Assembly (NCBI GenBank): GCA_044222185.1
Contig: JBGANV010000016.1
Coordinates: 1 to 32,489, forward strand
Direction of reading: 5' to 3'
DNA length: 32,489 nucleotides
Origin: Planctomycetota bacterium
GTDB taxonomy: Bacteria; Planctomycetota; GCA-002687715; CAIWVZ01
Shown here: in pieces, positions 19,930 through 29,184 of the stretch
Layout: each line of letters starts with the position of its first letter
How positions within the stretch are numbered: position 1 is the stretch's first letter
Translations under genes and position numbers: made by a program
Notes under the pieces: generated by a model
What the model saw: the letters and a program-made list of their open reading frames with translations, nothing else
Databases searched by the model: none
What the model was told of the DNA's origin: nothing

Positions 19930-19983
19930 CCCCCCGGTCCAGCGCGGCGCGCGCGGCCCCATCGGACCGTCCCGCCCTCGCGC

Positions 19984-20000
19984 TATCCTCCTCGCCCATG
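19984..20000 (+). promoter_or_regulatory. Putative -10 element (TATCCT) 8 nt before the helicase ATG; leaderless-type start
   Basis: TATCCT at 19984-19989, ATG at 19998, no Shine-Dalgarno. Confidence 0.45.
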
Positions 20001-22163
20001 TCTCGCCTGCTCGACGACCTCAACCCGGAGCAACGCGCGGCCGTGACTCACGCGGCGGGGCCGCTGTGCATCGTGGCGGGCGCCGGCTCCGGCAAGACGC
20101 GAGTCATCACGCGCCGCATCGCGTGGCTCATCGAGCAGGGCGTGCCCCCGACGGCGATCGTCGGGGTCACGTTCACCAACAAGGCGGCGCGCGAGATGCG
20201 GGCCCGCGTCGAGCAGCTGTGCGGCCTGCGCGGGGCGTGGCTCACGACGTTCCACGGGTTTTGCGTGCAGATCCTTCGCCGCGACGCGGAGGCGATCGGG
20301 CGCCGGACGGACTTCTCGATCTACGATTCGGCCGACTCGCTCGCGTTGATGAAACGCGTTTGCGACGAGCTGAAGATCGACACCGAGTCGCTCCCCCCAG
20401 CCGCGCTGCTCGAGTACCTCTCGAACCGACGAAACGCGCGGCCCGACGTGTCGATCGAGCCTCCCGGCCGCGGCATGCGGAGCTTCGCCGAGGACGCCGA
20501 CCGCGCTGCGGCCTGGTACCACGACGCCCTCGTGGAAGCGAATGCCATCGACTTCGACGAGTTGCTTCTCGAAGCCGTTCACCTGTTCGCCGCGGATCAG
20601 GACGTGCTCGCACGATGGCAGGACCAGCTCCAGTTCCTCCTGGTCGACGAATTCCAGGACACGAACTTCCCCCAATACGAGTTGGTGAAGCTCCTCGCGG
20701 GGACGCGACGCAACCTGTCCGTGACGGGCGACCCCGATCAATCGATCTACACCTGGCGCGGCGCCGATCCCCGCAACTTCGACGATTTCCGCCGGGACTT
20801 CCCCGAAGCTCCGACCGTCGTCCTGGCCCAGAACTACCGCTCGACCAATCACATCCTTCGATGCGCCAGCGCCGTCATGGAGCCAGTGCCCGGGCGGGTT
20901 CCGAAACGACTCTGGAGTGAACTGGGCAACGGTGAGCGCGTCCACGTCGTCTCGTTTCCGAACGATCGCCAGGAGGCGAACGACCTCGCGCACGAGATCC
21001 TCGCCTGGGAGGCCGAGGGTTTCCGGCGATCGGAGATCGCCGTGATGTTCCGGTTGAACGCGCTCACGCTTCCGTTCGAGCGGGCGCTCATGGCGCGCGG
21101 CATCAACTTCCGCGTACTGGGCGGCCCCGAGTTCTTCGGCCGTCAGGAGGTGAAGGATCTCGTCGCCTACCTGCGCGTCCTCGCGAACCCGTTCGACATC
21201 CAGGCTCTCTCGCGCATCATCAACACGCCCCCCCGCGGACTGGGCGAAAAGACGCAGGCGATGATCTTCGACGCCGCGCGGGCTGCGGGCGTCGCACCCC
21301 TGCAACTCGTGCGGGATCGGGGCTGGCCAGACTCCGTCGGGAAGCGTGCCGATACCGCGCTGAGGCAGTTTGCCGCGCTGTATGACGAGTTGGTCGAGCT
21401 TCCGAAGGACCGTGTGGGAGGGCTGCTGGAGGCGGTCATGCGCGCGACGGGCTACGCCGATTGGTGGGCGGGACGGTCCGCATCCGCGCAGCTCATCGAG
21501 CCGCTCCGAAACATCGGTCAGCTCCTGGCATTCGCGGGTGAATGCGAAGAGCAGCTCGGCGTCGATCTCCAGGGATTCCTCGAGCAGACGGCCCTCCTCA
21601 CGAACCTCGAAGGTCGGGAGGAGGTCGAGCGCGTGACGCTGACCACGATCCACGCCGCCAAGGGGCTGGAGTTCGACGCCGTCGTCGTCGTCGGAGTGGA
21701 GAGGGACCTCCTCCCGCATGCCACCGCGTTGAATGAGATCGGTGGAATCGATGAAGAGCGCCGCCTCTTCCACGTGGCCATGACTCGCGCCCGACGGCGC
21801 CTGATCATGACTCACTGCGGACAGCGCACGCGATTCGGGCGCGAGCAGCCCTCGCAGCCGTCGCCGTTCCTCTCCGACCTCCCATCCGGCGACGTCGAAT
21901 GGGTCGGCGATGCCCGCATGGGAACCATGCGGGACGACGAGCGCCGCATCGAGCGTGAGGACGACTGGGACGATCCGATCCTGCGGTTGAGCCCCGGATC
22001 GACGGTCCGGCATGCCGAGTTCGGCGACGGTCAGGTCGTCCGCGTTCGCAACCGCGGGCAAGGTCTCGACGCGACCGTCGTCGTTCGATTCCGCGGCGGT
22101 GCGGAGCGCAATTTCCTCCTCCGCTACGCCAAGCTGACGGTGCTCGAAGCCGACGATTTCTGA
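19998..22163 (+). CDS. uvrD: SF1A ATP-dependent DNA helicase UvrD/PcrA
   Basis: LNPEQ, AGAGSGKT, TFTNKAA, TFHG, VDEFQD, GDPDQSIY, QNYRS, TIHAAKGLEF, EERRLFHVAMTRA, C-terminal VRHAEFGDG Tudor-like domain. Confidence 0.93.
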   Translation: MSRLLDDLNPEQRAAVTHAAGPLCIVAGAGSGKTRVITRRIAWLIEQGVPPTAIVGVTFTNKAAREMRARVEQLCGLRGAWLTTFHGFCVQILRRDAEAIGRRTDFSIYDSADSLALMKRVCDELKIDTESLPPAALLEYLSNRRNARPDVSIEPPGRGMRSFAEDADRAAAWYHDALVEANAIDFDELLLEAVHLFAADQDVLARWQDQLQFLLVDEFQDTNFPQYELVKLLAGTRRNLSVTGDPDQSIYTWRGADPRNFDDFRRDFPEAPTVVLAQNYRSTNHILRCASAVMEPVPGRVPKRLWSELGNGERVHVVSFPNDRQEANDLAHEILAWEAEGFRRSEIAVMFRLNALTLPFERALMARGINFRVLGGPEFFGRQEVKDLVAYLRVLANPFDIQALSRIINTPPRGLGEKTQAMIFDAARAAGVAPLQLVRDRGWPDSVGKRADTALRQFAALYDELVELPKDRVGGLLEAVMRATGYADWWAGRSASAQLIEPLRNIGQLLAFAGECEEQLGVDLQGFLEQTALLTNLEGREEVERVTLTTIHAAKGLEFDAVVVVGVERDLLPHATALNEIGGIDEERRLFHVAMTRARRRLIMTHCGQRTRFGREQPSQPSPFLSDLPSGDVEWVGDARMGTMRDDERRIEREDDWDDPILRLSPGSTVRHAEFGDGQVVRVRNRGQGLDATVVVRFRGGAERNFLLRYAKLTVLEADDF

Positions 22164-22177
22164 CGTCCGAGCAAGCT

Positions 22178-22200
22178 GGCGACGGCTCACCGCCGTCGCC
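22178..22200 (+). terminator. GC-rich hairpin after the helicase (possible terminator, no U-tract)
   Basis: GGCGACGGC-TCACC-GCCGTCGCC. Confidence 0.45.
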
Positions 22201-22726
22201 GATCCGGCCGCCTGACGGGCGAGGCGGCGCGCCCCGTGATGGCGCACGACATGTCGCTCGAATGGTCCGCTCGCGCCCGGGAAAACCCTCGATTCCGAAT
22301 CAACCTAAAAGTGCGCGCGACGTCGCGAGCGCACCTGGACAAACGACGCCGTCGCTGGCACTCTGCGCCCGCATTTCGCGGCGCACTGCGATCCGGACCG
22401 GTTTGCAAGCTGGCAGGACGTCACGGCGCTGGCGTGGAATCGAACCGATCACCTCGTTTCGGTCCCCGATGGAGTCTCACCTGATCGACGAACCCTGGCG
22501 CACGGGCAATCGCCCGCGGCGACCGTGGCCTCGTCGCGGCCGTGACGTCGGGCCCGAGCCGGGCGTCGCCGATTTCCCCACCCGTGCGCATGCCTGCTCG
22601 TTCCGGTCGTCGATCGGCGGCGCGCGTCCCGCGAACTTGCTTTTTTCGTTCGTGTCGCCGCCGGCCCAGCCCCACCACGGCAGCCGGCGATTCCTGTACC
22701 CGTTTCCCCATGGAGTTCCCCGAAAC

Positions 22727-23941
22727 ATGACGCCTCGTACCTCGATCCTCTCGAAGTCAGCGGCACTGGCTCTCGTTCTTTCGGTTGCGACGTTCGCGCA
22801 GACGGCGCACACCGACGGTCTCGCCGGCGCCTGCGGTGACCCGGTCCCGACGCTCAACTGCACCCTGCCCCTCGTCACGCAGGACTTCACGATCTTCGTC
22901 ACGAGCGCGTTCCCCAACACGCCCATCGCGCTGTACGTCAGCTCGCCCGTGAACGCCGCGACAGACCTCGGCAACAACTGCCTCCAGTGGGTGACCACGG
23001 ACCAGTTCCTCTTCACCGGAACGACGGGCCCGTTCGGCCAGTTCTCGATCACGGCCCCCACGTCCGTCCTGTTCCCCTTCATCGGAGTGGTGTGCAACGG
23101 CCAGGCCGTCCTCCTCGGCACGGGCGCCGGCTCGGTCCAGTTCGCTGGAACGCAGGGCTGGCTCACGAACGGCATCGCCATGACGATGGGCAACCCGCCG
23201 TGCAACTGCTCGGGCAAGCCGCTCGGCTGCAACCCGGGCTTCTGCACGATCGACAAGTGTGACTGGGGCTCGAGCTACGGCACGGGCTGCTCGAAGCTCA
23301 ATTACCACTACATGTCCTGCTTCCCGAACGGCTGCAACGTCGGCCAGTACCAGGGCTGCAACACGTCCTACAACAGCAGCTGCTCGGGCACCAACAGCTG
23401 GAGCTGGGGCGGAAGCTGCAACTGGACGGGAAACACGTCTTACGGCGGATGGTGCTCGTGGAGCGGGAACAACTGGTGGAACAACACCTGCAACACGACC
23501 AGCTCCCACCGTGGCAAGCGGTTCTCGTGCAGCTCCTCGGGTCTCTACGCGCTCCGTAGCTACCTGAACTCGTGGGGATCGAGCGGCAGCTACTACTGCG
23601 ACTCCTACAACTCGGGATCTGACTGCGGCGGCGGCGCCCTCGGCCGCGAGGCGACGGCCCTCACGCTCAACGTCACGATGAGCGACAACGGCCACCTCGG
23701 CACGAACGCCAACTACCACTTCGGCGACCTCGTCTACGTCAACCCGGGCGACTCGCTCAACGGCATGCGCATCCGCGACATCCTGACGGCGATCAACCAG
23801 GCGCTCGGCGGCTCGGGTCTCCCGGCTGGCCACACGATCTCGTCGCTTCAGAACCTCGCGAACAACCTGAACAACTCGTTCGAGGGCTGCTGCGTGTCGT
23901 ACTGGGCGCGCCAGTTCCTCTACTTCGCGTATCCCCAGTGA
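22727..23941 (+). CDS. Secreted Cys/Ser/Asn/Trp-rich hypothetical protein
   Basis: Signal peptide MTPRTSILSKSAALALVLSVATFA-Q; GGAG upstream of ATG 22727; strong codon bias only from here (ORF track start 22262 is over-extended). Confidence 0.85.
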   Translation: MTPRTSILSKSAALALVLSVATFAQTAHTDGLAGACGDPVPTLNCTLPLVTQDFTIFVTSAFPNTPIALYVSSPVNAATDLGNNCLQWVTTDQFLFTGTTGPFGQFSITAPTSVLFPFIGVVCNGQAVLLGTGAGSVQFAGTQGWLTNGIAMTMGNPPCNCSGKPLGCNPGFCTIDKCDWGSSYGTGCSKLNYHYMSCFPNGCNVGQYQGCNTSYNSSCSGTNSWSWGGSCNWTGNTSYGGWCSWSGNNWWNNTCNTTSSHRGKRFSCSSSGLYALRSYLNSWGSSGSYYCDSYNSGSDCGGGALGREATALTLNVTMSDNGHLGTNANYHFGDLVYVNPGDSLNGMRIRDILTAINQALGGSGLPAGHTISSLQNLANNLNNSFEGCCVSYWARQFLYFAYPQ

Positions 23942-23977
23942 TCGCGCCTGATCGCGCGGCCTGAACGCGCGACCTGA

Positions 23978-24010
23978 GGGCCGAAGCGAGTCGTCGCTTC
24001 GGCCCGTTTT
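23978..24010 (+). terminator. Rho-independent terminator
   Basis: 12-bp perfect stem GGGCCGAAGCGA-GTCG-TCGCTTCGGCCC followed by GTTTT. Confidence 0.88.
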
Positions 24011-24250
24011 CGTTGAGACGGCCACATGCGCGTCCCCGTCACGAACGAGACTCCGAATCGAATGAGCGCATTCGCTCGATTCGTGCGAGGCAGACGCCTC
24101 GAAGTCGCTGGGAACCCGACCGCCCGCCCACATTTCGCAGCCGGGAGTCACTTTCCAACTTCTCCGTAGACGCACACCGGGACTCCGGACTACAGTCCCG
24201 GCCAACCCAACATCAGACTCACCCAGCAGTCACCCAATGGAGCCTCACAG

Positions 24251-26032
24251 ATGTCGTCACGGAACCTGTCAGCTCTCATCGCATTGTTGTTTTGCGTCGC
24301 GACTTCCTCCAACGCGCAACTGAACGGCACCTACACGGTCGGTGCCGGCGGAAGCTTCGCCACGCTCGCCGCCGCGGCTACGGCACTGACGAGTGGAGGC
24401 GTCACCGGACCGGTCACATTCGTCGTCGGTGGCGCTGAAGCCGGCCCGATCACCATCGGGGCGTACCCCGGCCAGGGCGCCGCGAACCCCGTCCTGATCT
24501 CGGGCGGCGGCACGGCATCGCTGACAGGCACGGGCACCGTGCTCACGATCAACGGTCAGTATGTGACGCTGGATGGTTTCAGCGGCTCGTTCGTGAGTGG
24601 CGCGGCCATCGTCATCGCCGGATCGTTCACGACGATCCGCAACTGCAACTTCACCATGACCGTCACGAGCTCGACCAGCGCCAACAAGGTGTTCGCGCTC
24701 AATGGCGGCACGGGCGTCACCATCGAAGACACGACGTTCGGTGGTGGATACGAAGCCTTCAACTCCGCGGCGGCCGTCGCGCAGTTGACGATCCAACGGT
24801 GCCGCATCCTCGGCGGCGGCTTCTGGACCGCGCAGGCCGCGGGCAACACCGTCACGATCCGCAACAACTTCATCTACGGAAACTCGAACTACGGTCTGCG
24901 CGCCACGGACCCGGCTCCCAACCTCCGGATCCTCAACAACTCCTTCTACATGGTGCACCCGACCGCGAGCTCGCAGTACTGCGCGCTCCGCTGGTACAAC
25001 ACGGCCGCCAACTACTCGGAAGTGATCAACAACGCGTTCACGGACCTCCATCCGAACTCGACCGTCGGCTTCGTGATGTGGTGCAGTGGAGCGCTCAAGC
25101 CGTCCGTCATGGACTACAACGTCTACAACGGCAACGGGCTCGCCCTCATCTTCTCGACGTCAAACCAGACGCTCGCGTCGTGGCAGGCCCTCGGCTACGA
25201 CCTGAACAGCGTGCTCGGCGACCCGGGCTACGCGAACACCGCGTCCAGCCCGCCGGATCTGCACATCACGCCGACGTCGCCTTGCTTCCTCAGCGGCCAG
25301 CCGAACGCGAACGTGCTCGACGACATCGACGGCCAGGTCCGGAATCCCGGCGTGCCCTGCCGTGGCGCCGACGAGCTGGCCGGTACGGGCCTCTTCGCTA
25401 GCTTCTCAGCGTCGCCGACATCCGGTGCGGCCGCGTTGACGGTGAACTTCACCGACCTCACGTTCACGAGCGATCCAGGCGGAGTGACGAGCTGGGCCTG
25501 GGACTTCCAGAACGACGGCATCGTCGACTCGACGGTCCAGAACCCGAGCTTCACGTACCTCGTTCCCGGCACGTACTCCGTGACGTTGACGACGACGGAC
25601 GCCTCGCACCCCGCCGCGACGCTCACGCGGTCGAACTACATCGTCGTCAACCCCTACCAGCTCGTCGTGACGACGTCGGGCAGCGGCGTCGGAGATCTGC
25701 AGATCCTGCCGGTCCCGCCGCAGTACCAGAACCCGACCGCAGCCACCGGCTACCTGTTCATCTCCTTCGCGACGACGAGCCCGGTCGGCACGGGCCCGGC
25801 GTTCGGGATCGTGCCCGACCCGACGGTGTTCAGCATCGCGGCGTCGCCCGCAAACGTCGGTGACCTCCTCCACTGGGTCGTCCAGCCCGGGTTCTTCCCG
25901 ACGGTGCCGTTCGGCGTACCGGCCGGGGCCCTCTCGTTCCTCGCCGGCGTGTCGGTCGACTTCGTCCAGGTCGACCTGGGACCGACCCAGAACCTGCTGG
26001 CCTGGTCGAACGTCCGTCGCGTGACGTTCTGA
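24251..26032 (+). CDS. Secreted beta-helix plus PKD domain protein
   Basis: Signal peptide; QLNGTYTVG...FATLAAA; DLHITPTSPC...DDIDG..R...GADE; PKD motif VNFTD...SWAWDF..DG..DST.QNPSFTY..PGTYSVTLT; GGAG RBS. Confidence 0.88.
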   Translation: MSSRNLSALIALLFCVATSSNAQLNGTYTVGAGGSFATLAAAATALTSGGVTGPVTFVVGGAEAGPITIGAYPGQGAANPVLISGGGTASLTGTGTVLTINGQYVTLDGFSGSFVSGAAIVIAGSFTTIRNCNFTMTVTSSTSANKVFALNGGTGVTIEDTTFGGGYEAFNSAAAVAQLTIQRCRILGGGFWTAQAAGNTVTIRNNFIYGNSNYGLRATDPAPNLRILNNSFYMVHPTASSQYCALRWYNTAANYSEVINNAFTDLHPNSTVGFVMWCSGALKPSVMDYNVYNGNGLALIFSTSNQTLASWQALGYDLNSVLGDPGYANTASSPPDLHITPTSPCFLSGQPNANVLDDIDGQVRNPGVPCRGADELAGTGLFASFSASPTSGAAALTVNFTDLTFTSDPGGVTSWAWDFQNDGIVDSTVQNPSFTYLVPGTYSVTLTTTDASHPAATLTRSNYIVVNPYQLVVTTSGSGVGDLQILPVPPQYQNPTAATGYLFISFATTSPVGTGPAFGIVPDPTVFSIAASPANVGDLLHWVVQPGFFPTVPFGVPAGALSFLAGVSVDFVQVDLGPTQNLLAWSNVRRVTF

Positions 26033-26067
26033 TCGAGGCATCTCATCGCCCGTGACTGCCGCTCGGA

Positions 26068-28413
26068 TCATTCCGGCGGCAGTCCGGCCGCGGCCCTCTC
26101 TCGCCTGATGACCTCCGCGATCGCGCGGAGCTGATTCGCATCGAACCTCGCCTCGACGACGGTCACGTCATCCTTGATTTGGACCCAGCGCCAGTCGGCG
26201 AGGATCGGCGCGGCGAGCCCGGGTACCACGATCTCGACGACGACCGTCGCGGATGCCAGCCCGGGAGCCCGCAACGTCGCATCGCCAGCCTCGCCGACGT
26301 ACGCCGCCGGGCGGCGGGATGCGATCGTTCCATTGATCCCGACGAGCACGCGGCGCCCACCTACGGCCAGCTCGTTGTGCTGTGGGACGACCACGCGGAC
26401 CGCGGGGGCGGCGCGCAGCCGCACGCTCGCCAGCGCCAGGCCCGCGCCCTCCTCTTCGACCGAGACCAGGGCATCGCAGTACCCATCGAGCGTCACGTTG
26501 AACGCCGCGCGGCCGAGCGGGACGTCGAGGGACGCGACTCCGTCGTTCCCGGTCATCGCTTCGAGGGTCGTCGTCGAGACCTCCGTCTGCGTCAACGCGA
26601 CGCGCGCGCCGACAGCCGGCCCGCCCGTCGGAAGTGAAACGACGATCCGACAGGTCCGAAGCAGTCGGGTCCAGTCGATGGGGTTCAGGCTCGGCGGTGC
26701 GACGGTCGCGCCGTCCTCGACGAGGATGTCGTCAAGATGAACGACCGCCCGCCCGTCGCCGCCCGGCCGGATGTCGACTGAATAGCGGCCCGGCGCCAAC
26801 TCGACGGAACCGGCGTGGTCGTTCGCCAGCGCGACCTCTCGCATGCGGTCCGTCGCCGCGTCTCGGAAGCGCAACACGGCGGATCCGGCTCCGGAGGTCT
26901 CGGATCGCCACGTCACGTGGCCGTTCTCGACCAGGGTGATGAGGACTTCCTCAGCGCCCGATGCGATCGCGAGCGATCGCCGCATGAGATGACCTGCGTG
27001 GCGCGCGCGCAGGTACACGGATCCCGTCATCGTGGTCGAACTCACGAGCCGGAACGTGCCGTCGCGTTCGGTGACGGCCCAGGGCTCTCTCTCACCCGGC
27101 AACGCGCGCATGGAGTTTCCGAGCGCCTCGGCGGCGAGCACCTCGGCGCCGGCGATGGGGTTCCCGCGCGAATCGACGACGCGCCCGGACGCGATGAGCT
27201 GCGGCGCGTTCAAGACCACCGCTCCCAGGTCGATGACCGTCGCTTGGGGCCCGATCACCTGCGGCGCCGAGCGGCCGGTCGCACCCAGGGACGCGTGGTC
27301 GGTGCTCATGAGCACGAGCACGGCCGCGCCGTGGTCGGCGGACGGTGTGGAGGAGTCAGCCGGCGCGTCCGCCTCCCCGTCCACTCCGAGCTTGGGCATG
27401 GGCCCGATGCCGATCTCGAACGCTCCGTTCCCGTCGGTCGTGCAGAACTCGTTCACGCGCCACTCGGACGATCCTTCCACGTCCACGTGCAGGCGCGAGC
27501 GCCGCAGCGGCGTTCCATCGGCAATGACGGCGCGGCCGACGATCCGATGCACCGACCGCTTCAGTTGGATCGTGAAGAGGTGTTCCGACGCGTCCGTCAC
27601 CGAGATCACCGGCCAACTTACGCTGCCGAAGTCGAGCCAGGCGCCGTCCAGCGGTGACGCTCTGAGCGGAAGCCGGTGCGGCGCGGGTGCAGGCACGATC
27701 AGGGTGGCCTCTCCACCCAGGACCTCGCGCTCGACGATGATCTCGTCGTGTTCGGAATGAAGCGGCGGACGCGGAATCTCCGCTCCGAACGCCACGAGCA
27801 CGGGCGACGTCACCAGCCTCCCCTCGGCATCGACGACCCGGACGCGGACGTCGTCCGTCGGCGGAAGCGCGGCGACGACGGGTTCCGAGGGCGCGGCTCG
27901 CGAGGAGAACGACGTTCGCGGAAACGCTGCGGGAGCGGGCGTCAGCGGGAGGAATGCAAGGTCATCGACCGACGGGTCGATCGACCGCACCGCGCTCGCT
28001 GCGAGCCGGGCCCGCAGCTTCGGCCACGATGGAACTGCCGCGATGCCGTCCGACCCGGTCTGCCCGCGCCACAAGAGCGCGTCAGGACTCCTGTCGATCC
28101 GCAGGAGTGCCACGTCCACGCCCTCGCGGGGCTCACCGGTCGAGTCGACGATCTGCACGGACAACGTGTCGGAGTCGGAGAGCGTGTACGGTGCGGGCGT
28201 CACGCGGGATGTGGCGGCGGCTCGGGAGTCTGCGGCAGTGCCGGGCGTGACCTCGGCCGGGCTCACATCCGCCGTCGTCACCGCGCCAGGGCGGTCGACC
28301 ACGCCGCGCGGCCCTGACACGTCCGGCGAATCCAACGCCGCTCGCACGGCGACGATCGTCAGGACGACGACTCCGACTGCGAGCAGCGCCTTCGTTCGCG
28401 AGTCGGGCTTCAT
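26068..28413 (-). CDS. Membrane-anchored protein with carboxypeptidase-regulatory-like (beta-sandwich) repeats
   Basis: N-terminal TM ALLAVGVVVLTIVAV; repeated VVDxxGxP motifs (IVDSTGEP, VVDAEGR, GRVVDSRGNPIAGAEV) and TDGNGAF/TERDGTF; ATG at 28413. Confidence 0.78.
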   Translation of the reverse strand: MKPDSRTKALLAVGVVVLTIVAVRAALDSPDVSGPRGVVDRPGAVTTADVSPAEVTPGTAADSRAAATSRVTPAPYTLSDSDTLSVQIVDSTGEPREGVDVALLRIDRSPDALLWRGQTGSDGIAAVPSWPKLRARLAASAVRSIDPSVDDLAFLPLTPAPAAFPRTSFSSRAAPSEPVVAALPPTDDVRVRVVDAEGRLVTSPVLVAFGAEIPRPPLHSEHDEIIVEREVLGGEATLIVPAPAPHRLPLRASPLDGAWLDFGSVSWPVISVTDASEHLFTIQLKRSVHRIVGRAVIADGTPLRRSRLHVDVEGSSEWRVNEFCTTDGNGAFEIGIGPMPKLGVDGEADAPADSSTPSADHGAAVLVLMSTDHASLGATGRSAPQVIGPQATVIDLGAVVLNAPQLIASGRVVDSRGNPIAGAEVLAAEALGNSMRALPGEREPWAVTERDGTFRLVSSTTMTGSVYLRARHAGHLMRRSLAIASGAEEVLITLVENGHVTWRSETSGAGSAVLRFRDAATDRMREVALANDHAGSVELAPGRYSVDIRPGGDGRAVVHLDDILVEDGATVAPPSLNPIDWTRLLRTCRIVVSLPTGGPAVGARVALTQTEVSTTTLEAMTGNDGVASLDVPLGRAAFNVTLDGYCDALVSVEEEGAGLALASVRLRAAPAVRVVVPQHNELAVGGRRVLVGINGTIASRRPAAYVGEAGDATLRAPGLASATVVVEIVVPGLAAPILADWRWVQIKDDVTVVEARFDANQLRAIAEVIRRERAAAGLPPE

Positions 28414-28523
28414 GGACCGTTCGTGCCGCCCATCATCATCGGATCGCCTCATGCACGCGTGAGAGCCTACACGGAACGTTGCAGCCTTTGCACGAACTCC
28501 TGGCTCCGCAGACGCCGACGGCG

Positions 28524-28561
28524 CTGACAGGCTCTGCACATGCAATCATGCTCCGCACATG
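28524..28561 (+). promoter_or_regulatory. sigma70-type promoter with overlapping operator repeats for the TA operon
   Basis: CTGACA (28524-29), 17 nt, CATGCT (28547-52), 6 nt, ATG. Direct repeat GCTCYGCACATG at 28531-42 and 28550-61; TGCA-CA-TGCA dyad at 28535-44. Confidence 0.65.
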
Positions 28562-28786
28562 ACGAAGATGAACCAGATCAGGAACGTGCTGGATCGATTG
28601 CACGCGAGGCTGAAGGCGCGAGCCGCCCTTTCGCACATGTCGCTTTCGGACTACCTCCTTGCGCAGTTGAAGGAGACGATGGAACGGCCGACATGGTCTG
28701 AGGTCCGGGACCGCCTGCCGCGATATGGGGACGCCCTCAGTCCTGCCCCCGCTGACGTCATCCGAGCCGCGCGCGACAGCCGGTGA
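28559..28786 (+). CDS. FitA-like ribbon-helix-helix antitoxin
   Basis: QIRNV.D.LHARLKARAA...MSLSDYLL RHH pattern; GTGA overlap with the PIN toxin gene. Confidence 0.85.
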   Translation: MTKMNQIRNVLDRLHARLKARAALSHMSLSDYLLAQLKETMERPTWSEVRDRLPRYGDALSPAPADVIRAARDSR

Positions 28787-29172
28787 TCGACGTCGACGCA
28801 TCCGCCGTCCAATTCGTCCTCCGGACCGCGTCCGCCGAGGCCGTCGCCGATCGCATCGAGTCCGCCAACGGCGTCGTGCATGGGCCTCACGTATCGGACG
28901 TCGAGGTGCTGCACGTCCTGCGCCGCTACGACCGCGAGCGGATCGTCGACTCGTCACGGATCCGAGCGGCCCTCAGCACGTTCGGCGACCTCACGATCCA
29001 TCGCCACGAGCACACCATGCTCATGCCGCGGGTCTGGGAACTTCGCGCCAACCTGACGGCTTGCGATGCAACCTACGTTGCCCTGGCCGAGGCGCTCGAC
29101 GTCCCCCTGGTCACGTGCGACCAGCGGCTCGGTCGAGCCGCTGGCATCCGCACGAACGTCGAAGTGCTCTGA
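28783..29172 (+). CDS. vapC: VapC-family PIN-domain toxin
   Basis: VDASA, VEVLHVLRR, RVWELRANLTACDATYVALAEAL..PLVTCDQRL; acidic tetrad present. Confidence 0.9.
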   Translation: MIDVDASAVQFVLRTASAEAVADRIESANGVVHGPHVSDVEVLHVLRRYDRERIVDSSRIRAALSTFGDLTIHRHEHTMLMPRVWELRANLTACDATYVALAEALDVPLVTCDQRLGRAAGIRTNVEVL

Positions 29173-29184
29173 CGCGAAACCCGT

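Noticed and set aside
22340-22520. Sigma-54 promoter (several CTGGC occurrences) or c-di-GMP riboswitch
   Set aside because: No TTGC at the -12 spacing after any TGGC, and no GCAAA/GAAA tetraloop pattern of the GEMM motif
22262-22726. N-terminal extension of the Cys-rich protein
   Set aside because: Arg/Pro-rich noise; the signal peptide and RBS point to ATG 22727
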